This document shows, in pieces, positions 1 to 9,777 of a DNA stretch of 64,000 nt (position 1 is its first letter; each line of letters starts with the position of its first letter). The position numbers were made by a program, and so were the translations under genes. The DNA is from a virus. Taxonomy: Duplodnaviria > Heunggongvirae > Uroviricota > Caudoviricetes. Location of the stretch: positions 6,193 to 70,192 of IMG/VR virus record IMGVR_UViG_3300046507_000526; one strand, 5' to 3'. The notes under the pieces are model-generated. The model did no database searches. It saw only the letters and a list, made by a program, of their open reading frames with translations, and was not told the origin of the DNA.

Positions 1-50
1 CAAACGTATTCGACAACTTCTGAAAGAGCAGTTACCGGAAGAAAAGAAGC

Positions 51-527
51 GTGATATTCCTAACCGATCCAAGGAGAGTTAACTTGTTTACCAAAGATAA
101 AGTAGAAGCCGTGTTCATGTTGGCAGGCGTTGAAGTTCAAGGCATGTACGAGATCCGGAATGAATATGGGTCCCAGGAATATCGAGGCCCGTGGTGGCTG
201 GTGAAAACGCCTTACGGGTTGGTTAAGATCGGTTGGCGGAAACGTGTTCTAAACATCGACTGGTCTGATACGCTGCTCCGTGTTAAGAAGGATGCTATTC
301 GCGATTATGAATTCCACTGCATGCCTCTTACTCGGGAGGATACGGATCAAGGAGAGACGTACATTCATGCCTGGAGTTACGGAGATGCTATCAAATATCT
401 GGATGAATTCGAAATCCGGATGCAACAAGTTGTATACGCTAATTCGCCTCAAGGTCTCATAGATCTTTCCGAAAGGAAGGTAAAGTATTTCAAGGAACAG
501 GAAGCAAAAGACAAGGCTACCGCTTAG
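51..527 (+). CDS. Conserved phage hypothetical protein
   Basis: 158-aa ORF, RBS-like GGAG follows for the next gene; aromatic-rich core (GPWWLVKTPYGLVKIGWRKRV) with no recognisable catalytic motif. Confidence 0.6.
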   Translation: MIFLTDPRRVNLFTKDKVEAVFMLAGVEVQGMYEIRNEYGSQEYRGPWWLVKTPYGLVKIGWRKRVLNIDWSDTLLRVKKDAIRDYEFHCMPLTREDTDQGETYIHAWSYGDAIKYLDEFEIRMQQVVYANSPQGLIDLSERKVKYFKEQEAKDKATA

Positions 528-537
528 AGGAGATTGG

Positions 538-738
538 ATGTCAAGGCTTACAGATGAAATCGTAAAAGAATTGATGCTGTCCCCTGCGAAGAATGTCTTC
601 ACGGTATCCAGAGATGAACTGATAGAACTCATGTTCGCACAGGATCTCTATCGCACAGAAGGTCTTTTCGGGGCGGCAGTCGATATTCACAAAAGGGAAG
701 AGTTAGAAAAAGAAAATCCCGGCATTGCACCGGGATGA
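538..738 (+). CDS. Small hypothetical protein
   Basis: AGAGGAG 6-7 nt upstream of ATG; 66 aa. Confidence 0.55.
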   Translation: MSRLTDEIVKELMLSPAKNVFTVSRDELIELMFAQDLYRTEGLFGAAVDIHKREELEKENPGIAPG

Positions 739-791
739 ATCTCAGTAGAAAGGAGCGAAACAACTGAGAATAGACTTATTGTAGTTATTCT

Positions 792-1130
792 TTGAAGTGG
801 CTGTACTTTGTTTCTCAAGAGTATATACGAATTTTAACACGTCAAGACCTTAAGGATCAAGCTATGTCTGGAATGACCATTAGTGCTCAACGCTATGACG
901 AAGCTGTCGCTCAAGTTCGAGTTGCAATCAAGGATCTGGAAAAAAACTCCGTGAAATTTGAGCAAGAGCGAACCAACCAAACTATGGCGGAGTATAAAGC
1001 GTCATATTGTTTGGCATATGGCATGTTGAGTATAATGAAGACGTTAGGTGTCAAAGCCGATATCGAAGCGTACATTCTGGAAAGCCATAAAAGTAAATGC
1101 GCTGTACCTTTCCTGAATTGGGAGAATTAA
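792..1130 (+). CDS. Hypothetical protein
   Basis: 112-aa ORF in the plus-strand run; start codon uncertain. Confidence 0.45.
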   Translation: MKWLYFVSQEYIRILTRQDLKDQAMSGMTISAQRYDEAVAQVRVAIKDLEKNSVKFEQERTNQTMAEYKASYCLAYGMLSIMKTLGVKADIEAYILESHKSKCAVPFLNWEN

Positions 1131-1131
1131 G

Positions 1132-1347
1132 TTGACGAGAGTAGAAAAGTGCATAGCAATTGTATTTGTGATTGCGTTGCTGATGTCTGGTTTTCAATTC
1201 CTCGTCGATTTTCTTCTGCATCGGTATTACGATTCCGGTAGTGCATTCACCAGAGTCCTCATCAGTATCTTCATAATTCGATGTGTCAACCGCTCTGTAA
1301 AACAAAGAGAAGATTTGCTATACCCATGGCGTAGAATCCTGGAGTAA
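1132..1347 (+). CDS. Small membrane protein
   Basis: Two hydrophobic segments (CIAIVFVIALLMSGFQFLV; VLISIFII); followed by a terminator. Confidence 0.5.
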   Translation: MTRVEKCIAIVFVIALLMSGFQFLVDFLLHRYYDSGSAFTRVLISIFIIRCVNRSVKQREDLLYPWRRILE

Positions 1348-1364
1348 GCTTCTTCTCAGGATAG

Positions 1365-1390
1365 GCCCGGCTAATCACCGGGCTTTTTTT
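1365..1390 (+). terminator. Rho-independent terminator
   Basis: GCCCGG-ctaatca-CCGGGC stem followed by T7. Confidence 0.8.
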
Positions 1391-1403
1391 AACCTACTCA
1401 TTT

Positions 1404-1412
1404 TGGTATAAG
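1404..1412 (+). promoter_or_regulatory. TGGTATAAG promoter (extended -10-like, non-structural gene class)
   Basis: Exact 9-mer just after a terminator and upstream of a plus-strand ORF; one of 14 exact copies seen. Confidence 0.75.
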
Positions 1413-1460
1413 GTATATAGAAACATCGCGTAGTATAACGCATTCATAAGGAGAAAAAAG

Positions 1461-1805
1461 GTGACATTAACTCCGTATGTAAAGACAAGAGTAAGTACCG
1501 GGGGTAAGTGTAAATTGATATCATTCGAAATACCAGGCGTAAGCCTGTTCCTTCTACAAGAGGAAGGTAAGCCTTTACAAGCTTTCAGTGAGAGACCAGG
1601 GCATGACATTGAAAATCTGTTCAAGGCAGCTAAGTACAACATTGATCTGGAAATGGCAAGTATAGCTGGAGTTCGATACATGAAATCCAGAATCGAGGCT
1701 TTGCAAAACGTTAAGCTGTACTTGGATGCCTTGATCGCTAACGATAAGATAGACTATATCAAGCGCGAGTCTTTAGAAGGCAGAGTAAAAGTATTTGAGA
1801 TTTAA
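1461..1805 (+). CDS. Hypothetical protein
   Basis: AAGGAG upstream; own promoter and terminator. Confidence 0.55.
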   Translation: MTLTPYVKTRVSTGGKCKLISFEIPGVSLFLLQEEGKPLQAFSERPGHDIENLFKAAKYNIDLEMASIAGVRYMKSRIEALQNVKLYLDALIANDKIDYIKRESLEGRVKVFEI

Positions 1806-1815
1806 ATCCCAAGAT

Positions 1816-1841
1816 AGCCCGAAGTAATTCGGGTTATTTTT
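1816..1841 (+). terminator. Rho-independent terminator
   Basis: AGCCCGAA-gtaa-TTCGGGTT stem plus T-run. Confidence 0.7.
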
Positions 1842-1853
1842 ACTTTGTCAAAC

Positions 1854-1862
1854 TGGTATAAG
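1854..1862 (+). promoter_or_regulatory. TGGTATAAG promoter
   Basis: Exact motif upstream of 1908. Confidence 0.75.
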
Positions 1863-1907
1863 TAGATTAGAAATAGAAGTACTTTACCAACTCACAAAGG
1901 GAAGGGT

Positions 1908-2351
1908 ATGTTTAAAAGTATATTGGAAGGCTTGTTCTGGCTGTACTTAATATATAGTCTCTTCATGTTCGGATTACACTACCTGGTGACCGCTAGTAAT
2001 AAATCTGCTCTTGTCGAAATGCATAGGTTATCCGTTGAAAGGATAGCTAAAGCCTACGTGGATCAGAGGCTCTCGGTTGAACCGTGGATAGTTATCCCTC
2101 AGGTATTTCTAGTAGGACTATCAATGGTGATAATAGGAAGATACCTTTCAGTATCAACCTTCATCTGGTTCCTATTCAGTGTAGGGTATCTCGGATTGAA
2201 TCTCACAGACTTCGACAAATACTATCTCCCTGGCTGGGAATTAGGGGAAAGGATACGTAAAGAAAAAATTCGGAGTCATATTTCCAGGGCTCTTAGCAGT
2301 GTGGATCGAGTAAACAAAAAGAAGTTTGAAAATCCAAATGAGGAGCTTTAG
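1908..2351 (+). CDS. Membrane protein (about 3 TM segments)
   Basis: Hydrophobic stretches at aa 5-28, 60-78 and 80-98; basic C-terminus. Confidence 0.6.
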   Translation: MFKSILEGLFWLYLIYSLFMFGLHYLVTASNKSALVEMHRLSVERIAKAYVDQRLSVEPWIVIPQVFLVGLSMVIIGRYLSVSTFIWFLFSVGYLGLNLTDFDKYYLPGWELGERIRKEKIRSHISRALSSVDRVNKKKFENPNEEL

Positions 2352-2356
2352 AAGTG

Positions 2357-2383
2357 AAAAAGCCCAGATTTCTCCGGGCTTTT
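2357..2383. terminator. Bidirectional terminator, identical 27-mer to 3820..3846
   Basis: AAAAAGCCCAGATTTCTCCGGGCTTTT between convergent genes. Confidence 0.8.
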
Positions 2384-2386
2384 CTT

Positions 2387-3064
2387 TTAGCTATTGAAGC
2401 TTACTGGAACTGGTCGATCAAACTGAATTGAAACGTTTTCTGCGATGACCGGCTGTGCACTTGCGACTGCGAAGCTGTAGTTCTGGAACATACAGTATTC
2501 GAGGTACAGACCTGCAAGAGGAACACCGAAACCATCTGAGCCACCGCCACGAGTCTTGAATACCATCAGAAGACCAAACGGTACTGCGAATGTTTCGGAG
2601 TCTAGATTCATCTGAACGTAAGTGTTCGGAGAATCAGCGCCAGGAGCACCGAAACCACCGTTGTCCATAATCGGACGATATGCTTGCTGTGAAAGCGCAT
2701 ACAGAACGTTGCCCTGGTCAGCCAGGAATTTAGAAAGCGAAATTGCGTGTTGAGTTTTTCCGCGTGTGAAGAACGAACGGTTCGAACCAATTTCGAACAG
2801 TCGTGCTAGACCTGCGTCTGCACTCATTTGAATGTTATCGGTAAGACCGATGGGTACCAGGTCACCTACACCGCTCGAAAGACCGGTGAAACGTGCTGGG
2901 CCTGCGAACAGGGCCGTGGTATCTGGAGATGCTGAATATTGTGAGAAGCGCTCGTAACCATCTTGGTTGAGCTTGGACATATATTCATTTTTCCAATCCC
3001 ATCCGAGCCCAAATCCCGACTCCTGGATGGTTGTTAGACGATCATTTGTAGCGTCGGCTGCCAT
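2387..3064 (-). CDS. Tail tube protein (probable)
   Basis: Lies downstream of the sheath gene; beta-rich; C-terminal pattern (YLEYCMFQNYSFAVASAQPVIAENVSIQFDR) typical of myovirus tube proteins. Confidence 0.65.
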   Translation of the reverse strand: MAADATNDRLTTIQESGFGLGWDWKNEYMSKLNQDGYERFSQYSASPDTTALFAGPARFTGLSSGVGDLVPIGLTDNIQMSADAGLARLFEIGSNRSFFTRGKTQHAISLSKFLADQGNVLYALSQQAYRPIMDNGGFGAPGADSPNTYVQMNLDSETFAVPFGLLMVFKTRGGGSDGFGVPLAGLYLEYCMFQNYSFAVASAQPVIAENVSIQFDRPVPVSFNS

Positions 3065-3084
3065 ACTGTGTTAGTCCTTAAATT

Positions 3085-3816
3085 ATGAATTTTTGGTACA
3101 AGGTAGTTGAACAACCTAGTACTCTACGGTTGTATTTTAATGGAAGTTTGGAAGTGAAACTTATAAACGAAAACAACTATGATTTGACACTACCTGGAAT
3201 TTACTGCATAAAAAACACAGTTAATGAGAAGGTCTACATCGGATCTGCAAAAGTGTTAAGAAACAGAATTTGGGAGCATCGGTCTGATCTTAAGAGAAAA
3301 CGTCATAAAAATATACATCTGACTCGTGCATATGAGCAGTATGGAGTCGAAGCTTTCGAAATTTTTATCCTCGAAGTAATTGAAAATTTAGATAAGTTGA
3401 AGGAACGTGAGCAATATTGGATGGATACCTACCGAAGCCATGACAAGGAAAAAGGATATAACATTTCTAAATTAGCCGAACGCTCCACGATGTCTGAAGA
3501 TGGTAAAAAACGATTATCCGAGTTGAGAAAAGGAAGACCTTTATCTGAAGCTCATAAAAAAGCTATATCAGAAGGAGGTAAGGGCCGCAAATTTACAGAG
3601 GAACATAGAAAAAGAATCGGAGATGCGCATAGAGGAAGGGCTAGGTCTGATGAAGTAAAGAAAATTCTCTCAGAGGCTAAAAAGAAATCAACGTATAGAC
3701 CTGATACTGAAAAACTCAGACTTGCAAATATCGGTAGGATACATTCTGAAGAAGAGCGTAGAAAAAGAGGAGATTCGATTCGTAGTTTCCACGAAAACAA
3801 AAAGAAAGCTTCGTAA
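3085..3816 (+). mobile_element. Free-standing GIY-YIG homing endonuclease with NUMOD3-type repeats (real start probably GTG 3154)
   Basis: GIYCIKNTVNEKVYIGSA, conserved R, EREQYW and GYN; C-terminal SEAHKKAISE/TEEHRKRIGD repeats. Confidence 0.9.
3133..3139 (-). promoter_or_regulatory. TAAAATA late-type promoter for the tail tube gene
   Basis: Same motif as upstream of other structural genes; 69 nt upstream of the tube ATG. Confidence 0.6.
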
Positions 3817-3819
3817 ATA

Positions 3820-3846
3820 AAAAAGCCCAGATTTCTCCGGGCTTTT
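3820..3846. terminator. Bidirectional terminator, identical to 2357..2383
   Basis: 27-bp exact repeat between the endonuclease and sheath stops. Confidence 0.8.
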
Positions 3847-3862
3847 TTTAGCTTATCTAAGG

Positions 3863-6499
3863 TTAGATAATCAGGTATAGATTGATGTAGTTCATCGGGT
3901 AGACGACTGAAATATTCAAATTGATGATTACCTGATCTTTATTATTCGGATCTTGAGCTAGACTCGTAATCTTATAACCTAAAAGCGGTGCACCGATCTT
4001 AGGAAGTTTCTGACCTTTGTAAAGCTCAGAAGCCGAAATAATAGTTTGACGCAAAGTATTCAAACTATCGGGTGTGATGTTCCATTTTCCGATGAATGAT
4101 TTCAATGTGTCTGAGTAGGCATATGATAACCAATCCCAGTTCTTAACTACAAGCAATTCACGATACTCAAGAACAGACATATCCGTGGTAAGTTCGTGAC
4201 GAACGTAAGGAATTGAACCTTGGGTTTCTTGTACGAACAGGAACGTACCAGCAGCAGCCATCGTATTCATCTGTGCTCTTGTGAAGAAAAAGTTTGAATA
4301 CTTCAGATCTGCAATACCAGCCACACCAACGTTTGTAAATCCTTGTTGCACAGGGAAGCCTGCAACCATACCGCCAAGAGCAGCACACAGATAGTAACCC
4401 GGCAGATACTTAACCACGCCACCGATAGTCACACCAACCGTATCCGGCTGAACGTGAATAACACGCTTGTCCGTAAACGTAGTGCTAACAGCAGCAACCG
4501 CAGCGGCCTTCTGAGCCTTAGTCAGCGTGCGAGTTACATAGTAGCTCACAGCTGTAGCAGTGCCCGTAGCAGCGACAACGACTTGCTGATTGCTCAGAAC
4601 TTGTTGAACTTGCAGCGAACCAACTTGAGTCGGCGTACCTGTAGCAGCCGTAACCACAACAGAGTCACCAGGAACAACACCGTCGCTCAGGAACGTAGCG
4701 TTAGAAGCCGTAAGCACGTAGTTACCGTTGATAACAGTAATTGCGTTGTTACCGCCATTAGCGTTTACAAAACCTGACGAGTAAGGACCGATATCCTGAA
4801 CAGTAGGAATAGCAGTGTTAACCAGAGCTACACGCCAAGCAGCCATTTGCGGAGTAGACATTTGATCTACGTGAGCTTGGAACATTGCCAGAATATCTTC
4901 TTCTTGCGTCAGCGGAACCAGTGCGTACAGGCGATGACCTTCAGCAAGCTCCAGAGCCGTTTCGTAACCAATCAGGTCATTTGAAGGCACAGCGATAACA
5001 TTGATTTGCGTCGTCGTGTTGGCCATACAAAGAACTGAAGCCAGACCCAGCGGATTCGCTTCGGAAGTATCACCTAGGATACCTTCGATATCACCAGTCG
5101 TAGTCAGAACCTGGATAGTTCCCGACAGATCTGTACGAAGACCACGGTACGCAAAGTGCACTTCACCGCTAACCACACGACCGTAAACGATGTACGGATT
5201 AGGTTCGATAGAAATCTGACCTGTCGTAGGAGCATTCGAAGCATCGTAGTTAGACGAGCTTGTATGCGGGTTTGTAGCAGGAAGAAGCTGGTTGTTATAT
5301 ACCTTGCGAGTCTTAACAGTGAACAGGGCCTTCTTGATAACAGCAACACCGCTCGACACAGTTGTACCGACAGCAGGCGAAATGGTAAGGACGTTAGATG
5401 CGACTGCAGAAACAGTAGCAACCAGGTCGGCATTGTTAGCACCAGCGCCGCGAATCAGGATCGTGTCACCAACGATGATACCTGTTGCGCTAGTAACAGT
5501 AACCGATGTAGCACCTGACGTAGCACCTGCTGAAAGCGTAGTTTGAACGCTAAGGTCAGAGGGAAGCACATCAGTCGTGTTCAGGGTAATAAGCGTAGAC
5601 GTAGGATTAGTTACTTGGGTAACCGTCGTCGTAAACGTCGAAGCTACAGCACTTACATTCGTATAATCGATTTCGATCTGATCACCGGCTTCAACCAGAA
5701 GGGTAGAAGTTGTCGAATTAACGTTTGAAATAGCCGCTTTGGTAATTACAGCGCCAGCTGCAGTCGTACCAGCTTGAGCAGAAATCGTGAACGTAGTACC
5801 CGAGATATTGGTAATCGTTGCAGTAAGTGCTGCACCAGCTGCACCTGCGCCTGCGATAGTGATCTGGTCACCGATAACAAAGCGTGTAGCGTTAGTCACC
5901 GAAGTGATAGAAGCTGAACCAGAAGTTGCAGAACCAGTACCGGTAGGAGCCGAAATATCCAGTTCGTTAGAACCAGAATAACCAAGGAATCCGCTTACAA
6001 GCGTTTCGATTTTTGCGTTGTTCAGATAAACCTGAACTGAGGTCGTATCTACAACTTGGCCAGGTTTGGTCGAAGGAAGACCGAACGTATTAACTACGCC
6101 AGAGTTGCTGATAACAGCCGTTTTCGTAACAGTAACACCGCTTACAGTTGTACCTGCAGCCGTGTCAGTCGTTGCCGTAAAGCCAGCTACTGAAAGAACT
6201 GTTGCGCTAAGTGTACTACCCGTGGAAGAAGCACCCGGAATAAGCAGAACATCACCGATAGCGAAAGGAACAGGCGCAGTAAAAGTAACCACAGCCGAAC
6301 CTGCTGTCATGCTACCAGAGGCGGAGACCGCTGGAACTGCTGCAGTTTGGATGAGAGATGCGGTCGAACCAGCTACGTAGCTAACTACGTTGTAAGCCGG
6401 ACCGACAAGGCACACTTCCAGATCAGGGGTAGTATTAGCAACACCGCCAGAGCTTTGCAGCTGTTGATAAACTAGTACTGATGGAATGACATATGACAT
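3863..6499 (-). CDS. Tail sheath protein with inserted beta-rich repeats
   Basis: 878 aa; N-terminal YVIPSVLVYQQ and C-terminal sheath domain (GYYLCAALGGMVAG, YVRHELTTD, REL..VKNWD..IGKWNIT, NLNISVVYPMNYI). Confidence 0.85.
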   Translation of the reverse strand: MSYVIPSVLVYQQLQSSGGVANTTPDLEVCLVGPAYNVVSYVAGSTASLIQTAAVPAVSASGSMTAGSAVVTFTAPVPFAIGDVLLIPGASSTGSTLSATVLSVAGFTATTDTAAGTTVSGVTVTKTAVISNSGVVNTFGLPSTKPGQVVDTTSVQVYLNNAKIETLVSGFLGYSGSNELDISAPTGTGSATSGSASITSVTNATRFVIGDQITIAGAGAAGAALTATITNISGTTFTISAQAGTTAAGAVITKAAISNVNSTTSTLLVEAGDQIEIDYTNVSAVASTFTTTVTQVTNPTSTLITLNTTDVLPSDLSVQTTLSAGATSGATSVTVTSATGIIVGDTILIRGAGANNADLVATVSAVASNVLTISPAVGTTVSSGVAVIKKALFTVKTRKVYNNQLLPATNPHTSSSNYDASNAPTTGQISIEPNPYIVYGRVVSGEVHFAYRGLRTDLSGTIQVLTTTGDIEGILGDTSEANPLGLASVLCMANTTTQINVIAVPSNDLIGYETALELAEGHRLYALVPLTQEEDILAMFQAHVDQMSTPQMAAWRVALVNTAIPTVQDIGPYSSGFVNANGGNNAITVINGNYVLTASNATFLSDGVVPGDSVVVTAATGTPTQVGSLQVQQVLSNQQVVVAATGTATAVSYYVTRTLTKAQKAAAVAAVSTTFTDKRVIHVQPDTVGVTIGGVVKYLPGYYLCAALGGMVAGFPVQQGFTNVGVAGIADLKYSNFFFTRAQMNTMAAAGTFLFVQETQGSIPYVRHELTTDMSVLEYRELLVVKNWDWLSYAYSDTLKSFIGKWNITPDSLNTLRQTIISASELYKGQKLPKIGAPLLGYKITSLAQDPNNKDQVIINLNISVVYPMNYINLYLII

Positions 6500-6572
6500 A
6501 TTTATTTCCTAAAAGGATTTTGATACTTGCAGCCACACGGCTACAAGCGAGAATTTTGACACGTTATGCAGG

Positions 6573-6579
6573 TATTTTA
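6573..6579 (-). promoter_or_regulatory. TAAAATA late-type promoter (sheath)
   Basis: Motif 74 nt upstream of the sheath ATG. Confidence 0.6.
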
Positions 6580-7188
6580 ATTTAAATTGATGCCGTCAGC
6601 CTGCATGTTGATGACGAAGTTTTTAATTTTTATACTATCGTTCGTCACCCTCCAACGTTCCTCTTTCATATAAGGCACAGAAATAGAAACTCTGAATTTA
6701 CCATTTGTTTCGTCCCCTACAAACTCACATGGACTTACTGATAGCGGAGAAGCAAAGTCTTTGAATCCTTGGGTTTCGCAGAGATAGGGCCTTGACCATA
6801 GAAGAAAATGCTGCACCATATCGGTAAGAATTTCGCAACTACCTTGTTGGGCAGCTTCTATAACTATCGTCGCTTGTCCTTGATACAATACGAAATTATT
6901 AATATCTTTTAAGCCAAAAGTTTCATTCATTGTTTTCCCTTCTGCAAGGTTATCAGTGAGAGAAAACTTGTTGACCGAATAAGGTCCCCTATCTACGAGG
7001 ATACGAGGTCTTTCATTGAACGTGATCTTGTGCATGTTATTAGAATACTCAAGTTCAACAGTTCTTTTCTTTTCATCAATGTCCCAATAAAAACTGGTAG
7101 GAGATGTGTATGTATTAAAAAAATAACGCAAAGGGCCAAGGATAAGTGAACTTAGATCCACTGGGCTGAAAAATGCTGCATCACTCAT
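6577..7188 (-). CDS. Tail completion/terminator-like protein
   Basis: Position between neck genes and sheath; 203 aa. Confidence 0.45.
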   Translation of the reverse strand: MSDAAFFSPVDLSSLILGPLRYFFNTYTSPTSFYWDIDEKKRTVELEYSNNMHKITFNERPRILVDRGPYSVNKFSLTDNLAEGKTMNETFGLKDINNFVLYQGQATIVIEAAQQGSCEILTDMVQHFLLWSRPYLCETQGFKDFASPLSVSPCEFVGDETNGKFRVSISVPYMKEERWRVTNDSIKIKNFVINMQADGINLN

Positions 7189-8069
7189 TAATATGGCTCC
7201 AAATACTGTGTTGGGAAGTCAGGTAGATTTCTTGTAACCAGTTGATATTCAACGTCCCCTTTGCTTAGCTGAATCAAGGTCAGCATTTGACGTACAACAT
7301 TTCCTTGAAGCTCAGTCGTACGAATGTTTGAAACTTCGTATAGATTCCAATCTCCTATCCGTACTAGAACGTCGCCTAACCGAATATCAGGCATAGAAAT
7401 AGTCCATGCTCCGATAGTGTTTTCTTCATCATGGCCTATGTATGACTTTACTTCCTGGTTTGGAGTTGGATCATACTGAAGGAATAGTTTCACGGGATCA
7501 AAGAATCCTCCTTGAAACGAAGTTCCCAAACACTGAGGGCAATGATCGTCAGTCACCTGTTCAGTAGTTGCATTCCAGCAGCGAGTACAGCGCATTCCAT
7601 AAGTCTTTTTACGAAACAGATAAGAGCCAATACCTGCGAATCTACTAAGCAACCAGTATTCTCTGCGCTGAACTTCAATGCTTCGCAGAGTGACCCAATT
7701 TCGTTGGTTTGTGTTCCATGTTGCAGGATCTGATCTAAGGGTAACATTATTTTTATCCTGTAGTATTGCTTCTACTACGTAGTACCCTTTGTTATATTTT
7801 GAATATTCTTCCGTAGTAGGATCTGCAAAAGTAGTTCCCGTTATCGGTGTTGAATTTAACTTTACAAATCCGCTATCTTCTACAGGAGAGAAATATACAT
7901 CGAATAAGCAGTGGCCAAAAGAAGCCGGTACAGACCACTCTACAGTCACCTGTTTGAACCATTGAGGGTAGACCTTCACTCGGATAGCCGAAGCCCTCCT
8001 AGCCGTTTCTAGGGGCAATTGAAGGGTTTGTATTAAGAACCCTGGGGTGACTGAGAGGTTGAATGCCAT
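7188..8069 (-). CDS. Neck/head-closure protein with Zn-finger motif
   Basis: N-terminal FN3-like strand pattern, CTRCW...CPQCLGT motif, C-terminal head-tail joining beta pattern (IRLGDVLVRIGDWNLYEV). Confidence 0.55.
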   Translation of the reverse strand: MAFNLSVTPGFLIQTLQLPLETARRASAIRVKVYPQWFKQVTVEWSVPASFGHCLFDVYFSPVEDSGFVKLNSTPITGTTFADPTTEEYSKYNKGYYVVEAILQDKNNVTLRSDPATWNTNQRNWVTLRSIEVQRREYWLLSRFAGIGSYLFRKKTYGMRCTRCWNATTEQVTDDHCPQCLGTSFQGGFFDPVKLFLQYDPTPNQEVKSYIGHDEENTIGAWTISMPDIRLGDVLVRIGDWNLYEVSNIRTTELQGNVVRQMLTLIQLSKGDVEYQLVTRNLPDFPTQYLEPY

Positions 8070-8131
8070 AGTACCTGTATTTTAAAAGCAAAAGCCTCCC
8101 GAAGGAGGCCTTGTATTAAGTATTGCTTAGA

Positions 8132-8581
8132 TCACCAAATTGGCATAATTGCCAGATCTGAAGATACATGTCCCCAACCGCTTTCCATGTTCAATTGAAT
8201 CTTCAGCTTTGTAGCCGATTCCATAAACTGTTGCTGGAAGTTAGCAGCTAGACTTCTATACAACTCGGCTCTTTCTTCGATTGGGATCTGAAGCCCACCG
8301 TCGCTGTATTGCATTGTGTTACGAGCTAAAAGCAAAGCTTTACCATCGTATGCGTGCCAAAGAGTTCCATAAAGAAGCAAAACTTTCGAAGGAAAGTTCT
8401 GAACTCCTATGTTTCCCTTGGGAGGAATCACGTTGAATGAATCTGCCGCAAAGGTCATACAAAGCTCAATGAACGTATCGGTCATTTCCTCACCTTCGAT
8501 GAGGTAATTATTTACTGCGTAATCACTTGTATATTCTCTAACCTCTTGCGGGGTGAGAACCTGCGGCATATTCACTGACAT
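8132..8581 (-). CDS. Head-tail adaptor (neck) protein
   Basis: Helical 149-aa protein downstream of the capsid gene; NTMQYSDGGLQI motif resembling adaptor proteins. Confidence 0.55.
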   Translation of the reverse strand: MSVNMPQVLTPQEVREYTSDYAVNNYLIEGEEMTDTFIELCMTFAADSFNVIPPKGNIGVQNFPSKVLLLYGTLWHAYDGKALLLARNTMQYSDGGLQIPIEERAELYRSLAANFQQQFMESATKLKIQLNMESGWGHVSSDLAIMPIW

Positions 8582-8585
8582 CTAA

Positions 8586-9032
8586 TTACTCCGTAGCTTC
8601 AGTTTTATCTGCTGCTTTGCGACCGCGTTTACCGGTATTCGTTTCTTCTGCTGACTTACCGATTGCTGTCGATGCTGCAGCTTCTCCAGTCTTTTCTACA
8701 CCGCTTTGGCCGAGGGCTACACTGCTTGCAGTGCTTTCAGCGGGAGTATCTGTTGACTTAAGCAGTTCTTCTGCAGTCAGGCCTTTATAGCCTTCTGTTT
8801 CGATAATCGGAACGATTGGCTTCGGAAGATCAGCAGCGTCAGGCACTTCAGAATGAACTTCAACCCAACCCTTGTTCACGGAATCCATGATGTCCGGATG
8901 TTCGAGATCAGATTCTAGAACCTTTGCAAAACCACCTACTTTTAGGGAGATATAACCCGCTTTCATAACCAGGCCAGTTTGGAGTTTGTTGACCAGGTAA
9001 AAATTCTTAAATACTACTTTTGACATTGTCAA
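8586..9032 (-). CDS. Virion protein, low-complexity C-terminus
   Basis: In the structural operon; A/S/T/E-rich tail. Confidence 0.5.
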   Translation of the reverse strand: MTMSKVVFKNFYLVNKLQTGLVMKAGYISLKVGGFAKVLESDLEHPDIMDSVNKGWVEVHSEVPDAADLPKPIVPIIETEGYKGLTAEELLKSTDTPAESTASSVALGQSGVEKTGEAAASTAIGKSAEETNTGKRGRKAADKTEATE

Positions 9033-9040
9033 TTCCTTTC

Positions 9041-9364
9041 TTAAGAGTTACCATTGTAAGGCGCGCCGTATAGTTTGTCAATCCGAGCAAGAATCTTATT
9101 ATCTTGATGTTGCATGTACTTATGCAAGCCCAGGAATCCACCACCTACGACAGCAGCTCCACCAACACCCAATTTAACCCTTGTCTGAAATGTTCTTCCA
9201 GCTTCTACTTTGGCCTTCCGTCTAGCTCTACCTGAAGTAAGACCGGATTTCTCCGCCTCTTCTAAAACTGAAGCTTTGTTAGCCCATGACTTAGCAGACT
9301 TACCAGAAGCAGTGTCTAGCATTTTCAAGGTCTTGGATAGGTATTTATTAAATGCACCTGCCAT
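9041..9364 (-). CDS. Putative internal head protein (variant tag FNKYLSK, glycine-rich hydrophobic segment)
   Basis: TAAAATA promoter at 9389..9395; LGVGGAAVVGGGFLGL segment. Confidence 0.6.
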   Translation of the reverse strand: MAGAFNKYLSKTLKMLDTASGKSAKSWANKASVLEEAEKSGLTSGRARRKAKVEAGRTFQTRVKLGVGGAAVVGGGFLGLHKYMQHQDNKILARIDKLYGAPYNGNS

Positions 9365-9419
9365 GTTGGTTTCCTTAAATTACAGAGTTATTTTAACAGA
9401 GTAAATGGATCTTGGAAAT

Positions 9420-9428
9420 TGGTATAAG
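9420..9428 (+). promoter_or_regulatory. TGGTATAAG promoter
   Basis: Exact motif, back-to-back with the late promoter at 9389. Confidence 0.75.
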
Positions 9429-9476
9429 GAATATAGAAAGACCGTGTAGCTGTATCTTTGTTATAAGGAGATATTA

Positions 9477-9749
9477 ATGAAGATTAGTGAAATGACAGAA
9501 TTCGTCAGCAGAGCCCCTTGGCCTTGCGTTGTTGCTTTGGACAGACTTGGGGAGAAAGATCCGGAAATAAAACGAAGGGTCGTTGCAGTAGATCATGCAC
9601 TCGTCATGGAATACAGCGAGCGGGTGATCAAGGTTTTGCTCGAAGAGCTTTTCCAGTACGTCGAGACCAAGTACCTCGTGCGTAAGCCTAAGCTGGAATC
9701 GCGGGTCGTGATGTTCATAGCGGATGCCCGCAGAAAGAAATCCGCTTAA
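9477..9749 (+). CDS. Hypothetical protein
   Basis: AAGGAG RBS, 90 aa. Confidence 0.6.
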   Translation: MKISEMTEFVSRAPWPCVVALDRLGEKDPEIKRRVVAVDHALVMEYSERVIKVLLEELFQYVETKYLVRKPKLESRVVMFIADARRKKSA

Positions 9750-9777
9750 TTAATAGTCAATCTGTACGGAGGGTATT

